DNA of 38,661 nt from a virus (IMGVR_UViG_3300048881_000221:1-38661), one strand, 5' to 3'. Shown: positions 1 to 9,419, counted from the first letter of the stretch. The notes: generated from the sequence alone by a model not told the origin. Translations and numbers: made by a program.

Positions 1-127
1 AGCTAGACCAGCGAAAGCCGCGGCCGATATTTTTGCTGTACTCGCTAAACCCTTTTCGAAAGACTTAGTTTTACCTTGCAGCCTTTTTAACTCTTTATCG
101 AACTCGTTAGCTTTAGCGCCGATACGA
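1..127. repeat. Terminal direct repeat, left copy (circular assembly overlap)
   Basis: 1-127 is identical to 38535-38661, and the tape measure ORF reads through the join, giving a 38,534-bp circle. Confidence 0.97.
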
Positions 128-147
128 ATAATTAAACTGTCACCCAT
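1..147 (-). CDS. Tail tape measure protein, N-terminal part (wraps the contig junction)
   Basis: ATG at 147 gives MGDSLIIRIGAKANEFDKELKRLQGKTK..., in frame with 38534->35895. GAGG lies upstream and the start overlaps the TAC-GT stop. Confidence 0.9.
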   Translation of the reverse strand, partial: MGDSLIIRIGAKANEFDKELKRLQGKTKSFEKGLASTAKISAAAFAGLA

Positions 148-457
148 TAGAAGCCTCGTGCTGTTGTTTCATTCTCTCAAGTACCGACATAGCTTGAGTA
201 TCAGCCTCTTCTCGCTCTTCTCTAGTGAGCCTAAGCGCGTCTACTCTTGGCTTCAGTTTCACGCCATGTAACTTGGCCTGTACTGATAAGTCGTCATACT
301 TGGCTTTATCAATTACTCTTAGTAGGTACGTAACCTGTCTTAGAGTATAACCTTCGTAAAACTCGTCTGGTGTAAGTCCATATCTAGCGGCGAAAGCATC
401 ATAAAGCGTGGCCCAGCAAGTAGCTATATCTTCGCTATCGCCGCTCTTTACTTTTTT
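140..457 (-). CDS. Tail assembly chaperone GT extension (-1 frameshift portion)
   Basis: The -1 frame is open from the A-AAA-AAG slip site (457-451) to TGA at 142-140: KVKSGDSEDIATCWATLYDAFAARYGLTPDEFYEGYTLRQV... Its position between TAC and TMP is canonical. Confidence 0.85.
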   Translation of the reverse strand, partial: KKVKSGDSEDIATCWATLYDAFAARYGLTPDEFYEGYTLRQVTYLLRVIDKAKYDDLSVQAKLHGVKLKPRVDALRLTREEREEADTQAMSVLERMKQQHEASNG

Positions 458-825
458 AGCTCGACCTCTTCGGCCGTATCGTCTTCGCTAAGCTGACTAA
501 CACCAAGACAGCGACTAAATGGCTCTAGTAAAATCTTTACAATACTGTAATGATCGCCTAGGGCGTCGATAAAACTTTCTTCATTAGGAAAATCTGTCTT
601 ATCTTTCAGTAAAAAGTAGCAAGTCTTAGCTATCGCACTAGGGTCTAGCTCAACTAATTTCTGACTTAAAACATTTAAACCGTTAGCCTCTTCAGCTGTA
701 GCGAACTCGTCGTGCGCCCATACCTGAGCGGCTAAAGAAAACTTTTTCATTTCGTAAGTTTTCCCAGCTAAAGTAAATTTAGACGGTCTAGGGTTTAAGT
801 CATTAATACTAACTTTATTACTCAT
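448..825 (-). CDS. Tail assembly chaperone (gpG-like)
   Basis: 125 aa, between major tail and tape measure genes, ending CTA AAA AAG TAA (slippery heptamer). Confidence 0.85.
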   Translation of the reverse strand: MSNKVSINDLNPRPSKFTLAGKTYEMKKFSLAAQVWAHDEFATAEEANGLNVLSQKLVELDPSAIAKTCYFLLKDKTDFPNEESFIDALGDHYSIVKILLEPFSRCLGVSQLSEDDTAEEVELKK

Positions 826-843
826 AATAGCCTCACTTAATAG

Positions 844-901
844 TTTACGTTTTATAATTAATTTTTTACACTTTTATTATGTTAAACACTTACGTTAAAC
901 A
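844..901 (+). promoter_or_regulatory. Sigma70-like promoter and tandem operator for the RHH gene
   Basis: TTTACG(844-849)-17 bp-TACACT(867-872), followed by TGTTAAACA (880-888) and CGTTAAACA (893-901). Confidence 0.55.
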
Positions 902-920
902 TTATCGTTAGGTATAAACT

Positions 921-1166
921 ATGGCAAGACTGAAAAGAGATAAAATTTATAAGACTGAGTTTATAGGTATTCGCTGCACCGAAGAGCAGTATAATGAGAT
1001 TAAGATAAAAGCTAACATATATACTGACGGTAATATGAGTGAATACGTCTTGTATGCTGCAGAAAACTTCGAAGTTAATTACGAAGATTTAGAAGCGCCT
1101 GAGTTAGACGAGCTTATTAAGAAAAGCGCTAAGGCAAAAAATACACACTTTACTTCTAAAAAATAA
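921..1166 (+). CDS. Ribbon-helix-helix (MobC/DUF1778-like) DNA-binding protein
   Basis: FIGIRCTEEQYNEIKIKA...GNMSEYVLYAA fits a beta-alpha-alpha RHH pattern. Antisense to the tail operon. Confidence 0.7.
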   Translation: MARLKRDKIYKTEFIGIRCTEEQYNEIKIKANIYTDGNMSEYVLYAAENFEVNYEDLEAPELDELIKKSAKAKNTHFTSKK

Positions 1167-1188
1167 AAGGCCTCTTATTCAAGAGGCC
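1158..1188 (-). terminator. Intrinsic terminator after the major tail gene
   Basis: GGCCTCTT/AAGAGGCC 8-bp stem (1169-1188) followed by a U-rich tract on the minus strand. Confidence 0.8.
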
Positions 1189-1217
1189 AGTCGTTATATA
1201 ATAATTTTACTTACTAA

Positions 1218-2114
1218 TTAACACCCGCTATCAGCACCTTTAATTTTTCTAAAAGTAGCGATACGGTTTTTGCAGTTATCATAAAGTAGCTTAACTGTAA
1301 GCTCTGGAATAGAGAAGACAGTTTCTTCTAGCGCTACTGGAAAACCAGCACCGACGGCTTTATGAATATCAATTTCTAGCATATCACCATTAGAACGCTT
1401 AGCAGCTAGAGCTACCTCACCATGCTCAGGGAATGTAGCACTTGATTTACCGATAATAATTTCTGAAATACCACCATGAGCAGCCGCTACTTTAAATACC
1501 GCAGTATCGTCAGCTGTCATACCAATAGTACCAGACCCACCAGTAAGCTCTACACCAGTGTTAGGAATTTCTACAGCTGTCGAAGCTGTGATCGTAAGTG
1601 GTGTAGCATTAATCTTAAGGCTATCGTCGATATACTCAAGATCGTTACCGTTAGAAAATTCAATATCAGTCATATAGTAAGCGTCTACTGTAGTAGCTGT
1701 TACTGCTTTAACAACAACGATACCAGCTTTAAGGTCAGCTTCAGACCCAGACTTAACTGTCGCTGTCGCGATACCTGTAGATGCTTCTAGTACTGAAGCG
1801 CCTTTTACGTTTTCGAAACCGTCTACAGTACCAGTAGCCGAAGCCGCTGTCGTGTTTACAGTCGCACCTAAAAATACTTCGAAAAGAAAGTCTGGCATAG
1901 ACTTAACTGTCGCCGTAAATTCTGCACTAATTGTTTTTGCTTCAGACGCCCACGCGTATTTATTAGACCCACCGAATAAGTCTTCGAACTCAGCTGATAG
2001 TGAAATAGTACCACCACCAAGTACTTTAAAAATACCGTAAGGTAACTTGTCTGCTCTTCTATACGGTACTAAACTATGAATACCGTATGCGATAAAGTCA
2101 TTAGAAAGACCCAT
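1218..2114 (-). CDS. Major tail tube protein
   Basis: 298 aa, Thr/Ala/Gly-rich, upstream of TAC and TMP, with GAGGT RBS and its own terminator. Confidence 0.75.
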   Translation of the reverse strand: MGLSNDFIAYGIHSLVPYRRADKLPYGIFKVLGGGTISLSAEFEDLFGGSNKYAWASEAKTISAEFTATVKSMPDFLFEVFLGATVNTTAASATGTVDGFENVKGASVLEASTGIATATVKSGSEADLKAGIVVVKAVTATTVDAYYMTDIEFSNGNDLEYIDDSLKINATPLTITASTAVEIPNTGVELTGGSGTIGMTADDTAVFKVAAAHGGISEIIIGKSSATFPEHGEVALAAKRSNGDMLEIDIHKAVGAGFPVALEETVFSIPELTVKLLYDNCKNRIATFRKIKGADSGC

Positions 2115-2129
2115 TTTATACCTCGTTTG

Positions 2130-2303
2130 TTAGATTACGTTTTCTGTTTTTAAAACTTCGAGAAACTTTTCTGGTACGTTTACTTCGTCGCCCTTTTTAA
2201 TTTCGTGCCTTTCTCCATTTTGAAAAATAACATGATCTTTTTTAGCGGTAAGTCTTTTAACCTTTTCTACTTTCTCTTGTTTCGTTTCTTTTTGTTTCTT
2301 CAT
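2130..2303 (-). CDS. Small hypothetical protein (57 aa; not in ORF track)
   Basis: MKKQKETKQEKVEKVKRLTAKKDHVIFQNGERHEIKKGDEVNVPEKFLEVLKTENVI. AAGGGGT RBS; fills the gap in the operon. Confidence 0.8.
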   Translation of the reverse strand: MKKQKETKQEKVEKVKRLTAKKDHVIFQNGERHEIKKGDEVNVPEKFLEVLKTENVI

Positions 2304-2319
2304 ACTAAACCCCTTAGTG

Positions 2320-2799
2320 TTAGTTTCTACTCATATTGGCTGTTACAAGTATACCAGCACTTCGAAAAGTTTTACCGCCGAGGTCGAAGCTAGTCGGGCT
2401 GAGACTAGATACCTGTACTTTAAGACCACTACGAATTTTATCGTAGTTTTTATCTATAACAGACTCAAGCGCTCGCGTGTATCTTAATAACTTATAAAAA
2501 ATATTTTCATTGATAGGCCCACCGTCGTCAGGTAAACAGACTTCAAAAAATAACTGAGTCTGTTTCATAGCATTGTTACTCTGGCTATCAGTTTGGGTAG
2601 GGTTATCGTAGATACCCCAAACCACGAAGTTAGCATAAGACCAGACCTCGTCGTCTAAATTCTGAAAGTACCAAGCGTTATCATTGATAGGGTCTAAAAC
2701 ATAGTCACCCTTATCAGTATCGACTATAGCGATCTCGGCGTTTAGTTTCGCCTTCATTAATTCACTAGTCTTTTTTAATAAACATTCAGTATCAAACAT
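2320..2799 (-). CDS. Putative tail terminator/completion protein
   Basis: Size and synteny just upstream of the tail tube gene. Confidence 0.55.
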   Translation of the reverse strand: MFDTECLLKKTSELMKAKLNAEIAIVDTDKGDYVLDPINDNAWYFQNLDDEVWSYANFVVWGIYDNPTQTDSQSNNAMKQTQLFFEVCLPDDGGPINENIFYKLLRYTRALESVIDKNYDKIRSGLKVQVSSLSPTSFDLGGKTFRSAGILVTANMSRN

Positions 2800-2802
2800 A
2801 AT

Positions 2803-3321
2803 TTATATCTCGAAATTTTCTATATTATCTAATATGTATTGGTTAATTATATTCAGCCAAGCCTCTCTACGTCCAGAGGTTTTTGCACCTTGCGACGTTT
2901 CGAAAGGCCCACCGTCTATAAACACTACTTTACGCTGTGGTATTTTCGTACGCGGCCTATCAGATTGATGAAATTTCGTATATGGTACGTCTGTACCTAG
3001 TAGTAAATTCTGCTTAGTGATAACGCGTACAGTCTCAGGGTCGCCAGCATTAGTTAAAGAAGAGGCCAGTCGTCCAGTCTTAAAAAGTATCGGATAAATA
3101 AAGCCGACTTGTCTTTTCTTGGTTTTCTTATACTCTTCGCTAAGGTCAGGATATTTACCAGCTGACTGAAGACTAAAGACTTTCTTATTACCGCGATAAA
3201 ATTCTTTCGCTATAAGTCCGAATGGTATTCTAAAATCATTGGTAGCAAGCGCTAAACGATCTAAGGCTCTTTTAAAGTCTTCGTCGTTTTCTACAATGTA
3301 GCTTGTTACCGCTTCAGCCAT
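2803..3321 (-). CDS. Virion morphogenesis (Mu gpG / tail S-like) neck protein
   Basis: Motifs ILFKTGRLASSL, GTDVPYTKFHQ, IPQRKV. Confidence 0.8.
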   Translation of the reverse strand: MAEAVTSYIVENDEDFKRALDRLALATNDFRIPFGLIAKEFYRGNKKVFSLQSAGKYPDLSEEYKKTKKRQVGFIYPILFKTGRLASSLTNAGDPETVRVITKQNLLLGTDVPYTKFHQSDRPRTKIPQRKVVFIDGGPFETSQGAKTSGRREAWLNIINQYILDNIENFEI

Positions 3322-3815
3322 TACCAGTTAGGCCCTGTTTTAGTAAACTGAGCTGTATTACTAGCACTGCTAAACAGACTCGCCCCCGTAGGCGGCTCAG
3401 ATAATAGCGGTGTATCAGGTAAAGGCATTACTGGTTTATCTTTACAAGAGCCGCAGTCTTGCTCAGGGCATATTTTCTCTAGCATCTCTTTAGCTTTCTT
3501 ACCCCAATTAGGCCCCATATCTTGATTTTTACGATCACTGTTATTATTTACAGTAAGTGCCATAATGTTTTTAATAATGTCAGCTACTAGATACTTGACT
3601 GCGATACCGATAATCGTAGTAGACTCAGTACCTATATTAGTAATATCGTAGCAAGTTGAAAGTCTAGCTTTTACAGCTATCTCAGTCTCGTCGATAAACT
3701 CGTCTACCTCTTCGATAGTTACGACTGTGTTAGTTTTCTCGTCGCCAGTATCGGCCTCGATCTTGATACGTCTAAATAAACTTTTTACATTTTCTACCGT
3801 AGTGAAAGCACCCAT
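3321..3815 (-). CDS. Head-tail adaptor (Mu gp36/DUF1320-like)
   Basis: N-terminal FTTVENV, helical IDETEIAVKARLS..Y and KAKEMLEKI pattern, plus synteny. Confidence 0.65.
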   Translation of the reverse strand: MGAFTTVENVKSLFRRIKIEADTGDEKTNTVVTIEEVDEFIDETEIAVKARLSTCYDITNIGTESTTIIGIAVKYLVADIIKNIMALTVNNNSDRKNQDMGPNWGKKAKEMLEKICPEQDCGSCKDKPVMPLPDTPLLSEPPTGASLFSSASNTAQFTKTGPNW

Positions 3816-4114
3816 TACTTACCTCTCTCAGATTGTAACCGCTCGATAACCATTTCTAACTTGGCTACACGCTCCTTAAGCTGATTAACCTCGATTGATG
3901 TAGTTTCTCTAGTCACTTCGAGGGTTATAAATATCTTTTCTACTTTACCTACAAGCTCTTCGACTTTATGAAGTAAAGGCCCTACATGGCTCACGTCGTC
4001 TATCTTCCTTAATATTGATTTAATATAATTCATAAATACAAGCGCCATAATACCGCTTAAAGAAACTAGAGCTATGACGCCTACACCTAATATTTTATCA
4101 CTTATAACGTCCAT
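3815..4114 (-). CDS. Single-TM coiled-coil protein (holin-like candidate)
   Basis: Hydrophobic ILGVGVIALVSLSGIMALVFM followed by a coiled coil ending ERVAKLE. Confidence 0.55.
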   Translation of the reverse strand: MDVISDKILGVGVIALVSLSGIMALVFMNYIKSILRKIDDVSHVGPLLHKVEELVGKVEKIFITLEVTRETTSIEVNQLKERVAKLEMVIERLQSERGK

Positions 4115-4116
4115 TG

Positions 4117-4719
4117 TTAAACCTTATCTGACTCGAAGATCACTTCGAATAAATTCTTATCTTCTAGGTAAGTTTCGTAACTGAAAATCTCTTTACCTTT
4201 TACTACTTCTTTACACTTTAATTTTATCTCTGGCCTTACCATTTTGAAAATATGCGCTACGGCTTCAAAGCAGTACATGGCCGCACCGTCTTTATCGAAA
4301 AGGTAGTCGTACGGTATACCTAAAATACGTTTAGCCTCTACTGGTATCTGTACTTTATCTTCTTGAGTTAAGAAATTAGGCTCGCACCCGACAACTAAAT
4401 CTTTCGTGGTTAAGAAAGTTACTAGGTCGGTCTTTACTACGCCTCTACCCAGAGCCTCTACGACATAACGAATACCGTCGCCGTCAAGATCGCCGACATA
4501 AATACCAGCGTGTTTAATCTTCTCAGGGTTAATTAAGTTAGAAAACTCACCTCTCGTAGTTGTAAGAAATACCGTACCTACATTAATTTTATCTCTAAGT
4601 AGGTAGTAGTGTTTTCCTGTTACTCGCTTGTGAGTAAAGGGTACGTGTAATTTACCCCACCAAACTACGAAGGGTTTTAATACTTTTAATATCCAAGTGT
4701 ATATAGCGTCCATGCTCAC
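4117..4719 (-). CDS. Permuted papain-like amidase (YaeF/YiiX, peptidase C92/NlpC-P60 superfamily)
   Basis: HAGIYVG...VVEA...PYDYLF...YCFEAV, with catalytic His preceding Cys. Confidence 0.85.
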   Translation of the reverse strand: MSMDAIYTWILKVLKPFVVWWGKLHVPFTHKRVTGKHYYLLRDKINVGTVFLTTTRGEFSNLINPEKIKHAGIYVGDLDGDGIRYVVEALGRGVVKTDLVTFLTTKDLVVGCEPNFLTQEDKVQIPVEAKRILGIPYDYLFDKDGAAMYCFEAVAHIFKMVRPEIKLKCKEVVKGKEIFSYETYLEDKNLFEVIFESDKV

Positions 4720-4722
4720 CTC

Positions 4723-5598
4723 TTATATGTTAAACTCGTTAATTAAATACTGTCTTATCGTAGTCATACCGCCTAAACTAGCTGGCGCTTTATCAAGCCA
4801 CTCGTTATAGTTTACACTTGACTCGTCTCTTAACTTAACTACGATTGTTTTCATTCCCGCGTCTGGGCTGGCTGGGTCTGTAATGGTACTAGAGTTTTCT
4901 ACGAAGTTACTAAAAGACTGCTCGTAGTCGTCCATAAATGCGCGACCTTTTAATACTACAGCTTCTTGAGTGTAGCCAAGCGGTACAAGTACTTCGGTCA
5001 TAAATGTCAGTGTAGGTATCTGTATAGAATTTACTAATAATTTTCTACGCCTTAAGCCCTCGTCGATCATATCTGAAGGGTTTACGAAGTAGTACTTGTT
5101 AGTCACTTTCCTCTCTGGGTTTTCTGACCCGTCCTCGTTAATCCAAGTACGCGTAGTAACCCTACTTGTGGCGAAGCCTGTTACGTCTCTATTATAGACT
5201 ACGTCGACTTTTATAACCAAGTCTGTAGGCTTCATTTCAGCGTCTAAGCTCTTAAACCATTCTACCTTAGTTACCTCGCCTCGTGTAACTGTACGAAGCG
5301 GTATTAAGGCCTGAGTTAATTCTTTTTTATAATTTATATTATGAAAATGTTTAGTGATAGCTTCGGCTTTCGCTACAGAAAATATTTTAGGTACTACAAG
5401 CTCTGGGTCTGAGTCGTCGAATGTAGCTACTAGATTATCTAGCGCCGTATCCTCTTCAGCTGTTAAAGCTTCAGATAAAGTAAATCTAAGGTCGTCGTCG
5501 CCTATTTTTAAAACTATCTGAATTTTACTATTTAGCGATCTAGCCGCGTCGTTAAACCCGTTTATATTTTTAATATCTCTAGTCTTATTAATAAACAT
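4723..5598 (-). CDS. Hypothetical protein, probably virion-associated
   Basis: 291-aa ORF coupled to neighbours; no motif recognised. Confidence 0.7.
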   Translation of the reverse strand: MFINKTRDIKNINGFNDAARSLNSKIQIVLKIGDDDLRFTLSEALTAEEDTALDNLVATFDDSDPELVVPKIFSVAKAEAITKHFHNINYKKELTQALIPLRTVTRGEVTKVEWFKSLDAEMKPTDLVIKVDVVYNRDVTGFATSRVTTRTWINEDGSENPERKVTNKYYFVNPSDMIDEGLRRRKLLVNSIQIPTLTFMTEVLVPLGYTQEAVVLKGRAFMDDYEQSFSNFVENSSTITDPASPDAGMKTIVVKLRDESSVNYNEWLDKAPASLGGMTTIRQYLINEFNI

Positions 5599-6218
5599 TA
5601 TGAATACCTCACGACTTTAGCAGTATAGTTTTTTAGCTGAGCTGTACCACCCGTAGCCTCTTTAGAAAATCTTAGAGTTAAATCATACGTACCAGCCGCG
5701 ATATTCCCTAAGTCGAAACATTGACTACGCCAGTTAGACTGCGCCGTATTGGTGTCTTTATGCTCTTCGGCGTACACGGGTGATAAAATAACCCCGTCGA
5801 ACTCTATATCGAACTCCATATCATTACCAGTAGAGTGGCCTTTAACTGCGAGTGATACGTCAAGAAAGCAGTCGCCTGTAGCTGAGATAGTTACACTATC
5901 TGTATATATGTCTTGTTTCGTAGTTGAGTTAGGTAAAGTAACTGTCGCAGTCTCACTAATGAAAGCCTCGACATTCATAGGGCCAGCTGGCCCAGTATCA
6001 CCTTGCGGCCCTTGAGGCCCGATAGGCCCTTGCGGCCCTGTAGGCCCTTGAGGCCCAGTGACTCCGATAGTTACTACAGTACCGTCGTCTTTCTCACCCT
6101 TGAGAATTATGTCGCCCCCGTCTAATTCATACCACGTATAAATATAGTCAGTATCAGGGTTTTCGCCCGCGGGTGCGCCACTTCTTAAATATACCTCTTC
6201 TATACCGTCTAAAGACAT
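5598..6218 (-). CDS. Collagen-like fibre protein
   Basis: GPQGPTGPQGPIGPQGPQGDTGPAGP repeat followed by a beta-rich C-terminal domain. Confidence 0.8.
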   Translation of the reverse strand: MSLDGIEEVYLRSGAPAGENPDTDYIYTWYELDGGDIILKGEKDDGTVVTIGVTGPQGPTGPQGPIGPQGPQGDTGPAGPMNVEAFISETATVTLPNSTTKQDIYTDSVTISATGDCFLDVSLAVKGHSTGNDMEFDIEFDGVILSPVYAEEHKDTNTAQSNWRSQCFDLGNIAAGTYDLTLRFSKEATGGTAQLKNYTAKVVRYS

Positions 6219-6466
6219 TATGCAGACCTCTTCTTAAACCCGCTACGCTTAACGTAGCCAGCACGTTTATAGTGACTTTTAAAAATGGAGAGTTTATTTA
6301 TCTCAACATTAACCACCTCGCCGAGCGGTACATTGTACCAGCCCGCGTGGTGGTCTTGAGTAAGCCTTTTTAAAGTCACCGCTGGGGTTACTTCAGCATC
6401 TTCAAAGGTAAGCGTATTACCTGAGACTATGCCTTTACATATACGTAGTAGCCCCTTAACGATCAT
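6218..6466 (-). CDS. Hypothetical protein
   Basis: 82-aa ORF coupled to both neighbours. Confidence 0.65.
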   Translation of the reverse strand: MIVKGLLRICKGIVSGNTLTFEDAEVTPAVTLKRLTQDHHAGWYNVPLGEVVNVEINKLSIFKSHYKRAGYVKRSGFKKRSA

Positions 6467-6467
6467 A

Positions 6468-7094
6468 TTATACCATCACCACTTTACCAGCGAATCTACA
6501 GTCAGGCGACTCTGGTACTCTCATTTCGACGTCGCCATTAGCTAATACTTTTAGCTCGTCTAATTCAACTTTTACGAAGTCAGACCCACTAACCTCGAAG
6601 ACGTCTACTTGTGGCGAAGTACCTCTAGTATGAGTAGCTTGGGTAATTGTTTGAGTATAGTACCCACCCGATGCTGTACCCCAAGAAGTAGTAGCGTCGA
6701 AAGTCGAAGTAAATCTAGCAGTCGCTAGGGTATCGGCCTCTTCTAAGAAGTTTACATACCATACACCCTCGTCAGTAGAGTTATCTACTAGAGTGAACTC
6801 GTAAGCTCTATCTGGTGTAACAGTTTTACGAAGTACTGGCGTAACCGCATCGTAAGTTTTTACATTTAAGTTTGAAGTCTTACCCTCAACTACGATGGCC
6901 CACCCATTAGGTAGAGTAGTCGCGTCTGGTAGAATTACGTCTTGTACTGCAGCTGCAGTAATTTGTTGCCAGTATTCTGAATGAATTTCTAGCTGTTCAG
7001 CCGCCGTAATTGTACTAGCTAAAAGCCCTTGGTTTACTCTTCTAGCCGCATTAATCGTACGACATACATTTAGATCGCCCTTGATTGTACCCAT
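6468..7094 (-). CDS. Putative head fibre/decoration protein
   Basis: VILPDATTLPNGW fibre-like motif; C-terminal domain paralogous to 7098-7379. Confidence 0.6.
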   Translation of the reverse strand: MGTIKGDLNVCRTINAARRVNQGLLASTITAAEQLEIHSEYWQQITAAAVQDVILPDATTLPNGWAIVVEGKTSNLNVKTYDAVTPVLRKTVTPDRAYEFTLVDNSTDEGVWYVNFLEEADTLATARFTSTFDATTSWGTASGGYYTQTITQATHTRGTSPQVDVFEVSGSDFVKVELDELKVLANGDVEMRVPESPDCRFAGKVVMV

Positions 7095-7097
7095 GTC

Positions 7098-7379
7098 TTA
7101 GTCTCCTTGAGTTTTAAAAATTATTATTCTACCCGAAAATCTACAGTCAGGATTATAGGCGACGTGTAGCCTTATCGTGTTATTATTTACAATTTCTTTT
7201 CGGTCTACCTCGACCGCGTCAATGTTATTTTCCCATATAGCGACATTGACTTTCTCGCTATCTAAATTATGGCTTATATCTAGTATATACTCACCAGCAC
7301 TTAAAACCCAGTCACTAATGAGAAAATCAGCACTCGCCGAAATTATCTGGTCTGCTAATATCGCTCCGATAATAGGCAT
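7098..7379 (-). CDS. Small structural protein, paralog of the 6468-7094 C-terminal domain
   Basis: Shared W...Y...H...PDCRF.G pattern. Confidence 0.65.
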   Translation of the reverse strand: MPIIGAILADQIISASADFLISDWVLSAGEYILDISHNLDSEKVNVAIWENNIDAVEVDRKEIVNNNTIRLHVAYNPDCRFSGRIIIFKTQGD

Positions 7380-7786
7380 TAGCTAAGCTCCTCAATATCT
7401 AAAGTTACGTTACCAGTCTCGGCCTTGGCATAGAGTGTAATCGTATCTTTAATATCATACTGTCTTTCTCCACCATTCTTACGAATAGTCATACCAGTAT
7501 AAGTACCTATGCTATTAACATAGTTTATTTTTACGTTTGACGTAGTGCTATTATTCTGTATAGCTATAGCATTACGGTCAGACAGTGCCGTACTCGGTAG
7601 CGCTGTCCAGCTTGAGTCGTTTACTGTTACTTCAGAATGTCGACCAGCATTTTTTAACCCCGATGGGTTAAACTCGGCTGTAATAGTATCCAAGAAAACA
7701 CGTAATTTCTGAATGACCTTAGAGCTGTCGTCTGGGTCTATTTCACTTTTCCACGCTTTCGGCTCGTCTATTAAACCACCAGCCAT
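7379..7786 (-). CDS. Hypothetical beta-rich virion protein
   Basis: 135 aa with RNAIAIQNNS and LYAKA strands, in the head accessory cluster. Confidence 0.6.
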   Translation of the reverse strand: MAGGLIDEPKAWKSEIDPDDSSKVIQKLRVFLDTITAEFNPSGLKNAGRHSEVTVNDSSWTALPSTALSDRNAIAIQNNSTTSNVKINYVNSIGTYTGMTIRKNGGERQYDIKDTITLYAKAETGNVTLDIEELS

Positions 7787-8016
7787 TACTTAGCCTTTTT
7801 AGAAACTTTTTTACTAGCTTTCTTAGCTACTTTTTTAACAGGCTTTTCGTCCTCGACTTTCTCTACGATAAACCAATATTTAGGCCCTTCGTTTTTTAAG
7901 TCTTTAATCTCAGCGTCGTTAAGCTCAATTTCTTGCTCTTGATAAGTCACCATATAGCGACCGAATGACATTGCATTATGAGGGTGCTTACGACTTAATT
8001 TAATTCTAACTTTCAT
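7786..8016 (-). CDS. Mu gp35/HI1506-like protein with Lys-rich tail
   Basis: Follows gpT as in Mu-like heads; EIELNDAEIKDLKNE pattern. Confidence 0.55.
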   Translation of the reverse strand: MKVRIKLSRKHPHNAMSFGRYMVTYQEQEIELNDAEIKDLKNEGPKYWFIVEKVEDEKPVKKVAKKASKKVSKKAK

Positions 8017-8027
8017 TGATAACCTCG

Positions 8028-8056
8028 AAAAGAAAAGAGAGGGCCGTAGCCCCCTC
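8028..8056 (-). terminator. Intrinsic terminator after the major capsid gene
   Basis: GAGGGGGC-UACG-GCCCUCUC followed by UUUUCUUUU. Confidence 0.85.
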
Positions 8057-8063
8057 AGTAATC

Positions 8064-8975
8064 TTAGTACTTAACTTTGATTGATTTTTGCCACAGACCG
8101 TAACCGAAACCGACTCTATAGTCGATACCGTACTTGTAAGTCTTGTGCATAAAACCATGCTCGCTAGTAGCTTCTAAAGCACCAAACCTAGGAGCTTGTC
8201 TATTTTGCTGAATGAATGGCTTTAAGTTACCGCTCATTTCTACGATGTACCAGTTAGACCCAGTAAGTCTACCAGACGTCATATACTTCGAAGCACCTTT
8301 AAGAGTGTTAGTAGCGTTGTCAAGAAGCTCAGCTCCGAAAACTCTATCTAATACACCTTCAAGGTCAGGCGAAGCAACGATCATAAGGTCTAAAGACCCT
8401 TCGTTAAATGGCTCACCTTGATCGTCTACGAATTTTCTCATCTTACCACGAGCAAGCTCGAAGTCAGCTGAAAGCTCCGCAGCTGTAGGTACAGTACCAG
8501 CCTTAGTACCAGTATGTAGGTTAGACTGAGCAGCTGAGTCAGCTGTATACTTGTGAGACGCTGAGTAAAACGCTACACCGTCGAAAGCAAGTCCTACTTC
8601 ACCATTAGAAAGTAATTCAAAAAATTTCTTTCTTGGGTGAGTCTTAGCTCTACGAGCTAGGTCTTGAATACGTACTTTAATCGCGCCGTACTGGTCGTCT
8701 TCAATATCGTCTCTATCTACTTGTAGAGTCGACTCATAATGCACATTAGGAATAGAGTAATCGAAGTCAAGAATACCGCTAAGTTTTCTTGAGTCTTTCC
8801 ACTCTCTAAGCTGAGGTACACTACCTAGCCACCCATACTTTTCTGACCCAGACGTCGAAGCCGTCTGCATAATCATTGGCATTACGTCAGCTGGATTTTC
8901 GCCGTTATCAAACGACTTCATAAATTCAGTACGTAGTGCTTTTTCTAAAACAATACTATTTTTAATTTGTCCCAT
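8064..8975 (-). CDS. Major capsid protein (Mu gpT-like)
   Basis: EKYGWLGSVPQLREW, YESTLQVDRDDIEDDQYG, KPFIQQNR, YGIDYRVGFGYGLWQ. Confidence 0.95.
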   Translation of the reverse strand: MGQIKNSIVLEKALRTEFMKSFDNGENPADVMPMIMQTASTSGSEKYGWLGSVPQLREWKDSRKLSGILDFDYSIPNVHYESTLQVDRDDIEDDQYGAIKVRIQDLARRAKTHPRKKFFELLSNGEVGLAFDGVAFYSASHKYTADSAAQSNLHTGTKAGTVPTAAELSADFELARGKMRKFVDDQGEPFNEGSLDLMIVASPDLEGVLDRVFGAELLDNATNTLKGASKYMTSGRLTGSNWYIVEMSGNLKPFIQQNRQAPRFGALEATSEHGFMHKTYKYGIDYRVGFGYGLWQKSIKVKY

Positions 8976-9000
8976 TTTAAACCTCTTAGTTTTTAGTTAA

Positions 9001-9405
9001 TTAAACTTCAATGTCTACGTATACTAATGTAGCACTTACTACTTGAGCGATCTTACCTACAGCGATCTCGTTAGCACCTTGAGTAGTACTTACAGTTTGA
9101 TCGTCTGAAGCGTATACAACTTTACCAATGTCGGCTTGTGAAAAACCAGACCCAGCAAGCTCGAATAGACCTTCGCGTAAAAGTTTACAGTTAATATCAC
9201 CAGCTGACCCGTTAGAGTTATCAGCTTTTTCGTAGGCCATACCAGCCATAGTCGCGTCAGCTAGAGCCGCCGCTGGTGCTAGAAAACCAGACGCGTTACC
9301 CATAACGATAGCGCCTTTAAAGATAACTACCGAAGCCGCTACAGGGTTTTCGATTAGTCGTCTATGCTTCTCACCTACTTCTTTATTATCAGTTAATGCA
9401 GTCAT
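9001..9405 (-). CDS. Capsid decoration/cement protein (DUF2190-like)
   Basis: PVAASVVIFKGAIV, DIGKVVYASDDQTV; sits between protease and capsid genes. Confidence 0.8.
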   Translation of the reverse strand: MTALTDNKEVGEKHRRLIENPVAASVVIFKGAIVMGNASGFLAPAAALADATMAGMAYEKADNSNGSAGDINCKLLREGLFELAGSGFSQADIGKVVYASDDQTVSTTQGANEIAVGKIAQVVSATLVYVDIEV

Positions 9406-9419
9406 TTAATACCTCGTGT

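Noticed and set aside
1-127. Physical terminal repeat of the virion DNA
   Set aside because: The length of 127 matches a common assembler k-mer and it falls mid-gene, so it shows circularity only.
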